Below are positions 30,873-32,000 of a stretch of 32,000 nucleotides of DNA, piece after piece. The translations under genes were made by a program, and so were the position numbers. The stretch comes from an uncultured Candidatus Saccharibacteria bacterium. Lineage in GTDB: Bacteria; Patescibacteriota; UBA1384; XYA2-FULL-43-10; 1-14-0-10-43-13. The notes under the pieces are model-generated. The model was not told the origin of the DNA. It saw only the letters and a list, made by a program, of their open reading frames with translations, and did not search any database. How positions within the stretch are numbered: position 1 is the stretch's first letter; every line of letters starts with the position of its first letter. The stretch lies in NCBI GenBank assembly GCA_964543385.1, contig CAZIYE010000002.1, positions 30,001 through 62,000 of the forward strand, read 5' to 3'.

Positions 30873-32000
30873 TTGTTATTTGGAATAAAAAAATATAACC
30901 CACTTGTTTTTATTAAAGACGCAGTAATATTTCCAGATATTCTCGTAGAACTATTTTTTAGCAATAGTTATTGTATAAATGCAGTAAAGAATGCCAAGGA
31001 TGGCATGTTGATTTTGGTAACTCAAAGATCGAGTACGAGTAGTTCTCTTCCTTCGCAACAAGACCTGTTCGAGGTTGGCACAATTGGCGAAATAAAAAAT
31101 ATAATCTATGAAGGGGACAAATTAAGAGTCCTTTTTGAGTCGAAAAGAAGAACGTTCATAGAAAAGATCATAGATAAGAGGACATACTTTGATGCATCTC
31201 ATTCTCTTATTGATGATGATAAAAGTAATGACGATCAAACAGTTGCGCTTACAAAAAACTTAATTTCAAATATTAAAGATTTCGTAAACAAGAATCGTTT
31301 TTTACCCTTAGATATTGCAATAAAAATTTTGTCCCTTGAAGATCCGAACAAAATCATAAATAATTTAATCCCTATTCTTTCAGAGACAATTGAAACTAAG
31401 CAAGATATATTAGAAACTATCGATATAAATGATCGTTTAGCTAAAGCAAACAAGGCAGTATCTCATGCGCTTCAAATTCATGATCTAGAGGAAAAAGTTG
31501 CCCAGCAAACTCAAGAAGAATTATCTAAAACACAAAAAGAAGTTTTCCTCAGGGAAGAGCTTAAAACAATCCAAAAAGAACTTGGAGGAGGGGCAAGCGA
31601 GTATACCGATCTTGAAAGAAAAATCGAAATATCAGGTATGCCATTAGATATAAAAAAAGTCGCCCACAGAGAGTTAAACCACTTGGAAAAAACCCCGTCA
31701 TTTTCACCGGAAGTTTCCTATATCAGGAATTATCTTGATTGGTTGGTCTCTATGCCTTGGATTAAGTATTCTGCAAGTATTATTGATATCGAAGAAGCTA
31801 AGATAATCCTTGATAACGATCATTATGCCCTTGATCAGGTTAAACAACGGATTCTGGAATTTCTTGCCGTGCAATCCAGGGTAGGCAAGATAAAAGGTCC
31901 GATCCTCTGTTTTGTGGGCCCTCCTGGCACTGGTAAGACATCGATAGGTAAGTCAATCGCAAAAGCCCTTGGACGTAAATTTACCAGAGTGTCTCTTGGA
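30873..32000 (+). CDS. lon: ATP-dependent Lon protease, N-terminal part (runs off the window)
   Basis: My translation from TTG 30873 (after SD gaaaggag): LLFGIKKYNPLVFIKDAVIFPDILVELFF... (Lon N domain) ...KTQKEVFLREELKTIQKELG...ILCFVGPPGTGKTSIGKSIAKALGRKF (Walker A). The frame is open to position 32000. Absent from the ORF track because it has no stop in the window. Confidence 0.9.
   Translation, partial: MLFGIKKYNPLVFIKDAVIFPDILVELFFSNSYCINAVKNAKDGMLILVTQRSSTSSSLPSQQDLFEVGTIGEIKNIIYEGDKLRVLFESKRRTFIEKIIDKRTYFDASHSLIDDDKSNDDQTVALTKNLISNIKDFVNKNRFLPLDIAIKILSLEDPNKIINNLIPILSETIETKQDILETIDINDRLAKANKAVSHALQIHDLEEKVAQQTQEELSKTQKEVFLREELKTIQKELGGGASEYTDLERKIEISGMPLDIKKVAHRELNHLEKTPSFSPEVSYIRNYLDWLVSMPWIKYSASIIDIEEAKIILDNDHYALDQVKQRILEFLAVQSRVGKIKGPILCFVGPPGTGKTSIGKSIAKALGRKFTRVSLG

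Noticed and set aside
30858-30875. Stop-codon read-through joining the acidic ORF to lon (same reading frame, separated by TAA plus 12 nt)
   Set aside because: The shared frame has a one-in-three chance of arising by coincidence. The stop is TAA in a standard-code genome. The gap holds a good SD (GAAAGGAG) and a TTG start for lon.
1-32000. CRISPR arrays, rRNA genes, transposases/integrases, toxin-antitoxin pairs and restriction-modification genes
   Set aside because: I scanned for regularly spaced direct repeats and for the corresponding protein signatures. None were found, and apart from the small GC-rich island the window looks like core chromosome.

Overview
AT-rich, very gene-dense bacterial chromosome segment. 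Hand-sampled 60-nt lines give roughly 30-42% GC. Many gene junctions are short or overlapping. The genetic code is standard (TGA is used as a stop, e.g. tmk). Trimmed and fused housekeeping genes plus salvage-type nucleotide metabolism suggest a small-genome Patescibacteria/CPR-like organism; that lineage call is inference only, since no database search was possible.

Main content, left to right:
- yhhQ-type transporter
- tmRNA (-)
- membrane methyltransferase
- HTH-XRE::Hsp20 fusion
- HD hydrolase
- tRNA-Val(GAC) (-)
- a nine-gene, translationally coupled pyrimidine deoxynucleotide operon (dut-tmk-glyA-mazG-like-kinase-thyA-like-DHFR-like-dcd/dut-like-dCMP deaminase::DNPH1-like)
- T-box-like leader + thrS-nudix-GH1
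- a minus-strand housekeeping block (radical-SAM MTTase, L25, uvrB, trmD, KH protein, S16, def::fmt fusion, galE-like, priA)
- der, lepB, lgt, traR/dksA-like, lspA, an acidic ORF and the 5' part of lon

No CRISPR array, rRNA, transposase or integrase was seen.

Best candidates for something new:
1. The pyrimidine operon. Its ThyA homolog has Asp instead of the invariant Asn that specifies uracil, so it is predicted to act on a cytosine nucleotide. Its last gene fuses a dCMP deaminase to a DNPH1/Rcl-like N-glycosidase. Together with MazG-like, kinase and Dcd/Dut-like genes, this looks like a C5-modified pyrimidine nucleotide pathway, not plain dTMP synthesis.
2. A ~0.4 kb GC-rich (~52% by hand count) island between uvrB and trmD. 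It carries a self-contained small gene (81 aa) with foreign codon usage.

All functional calls rest on motif recognition by eye.
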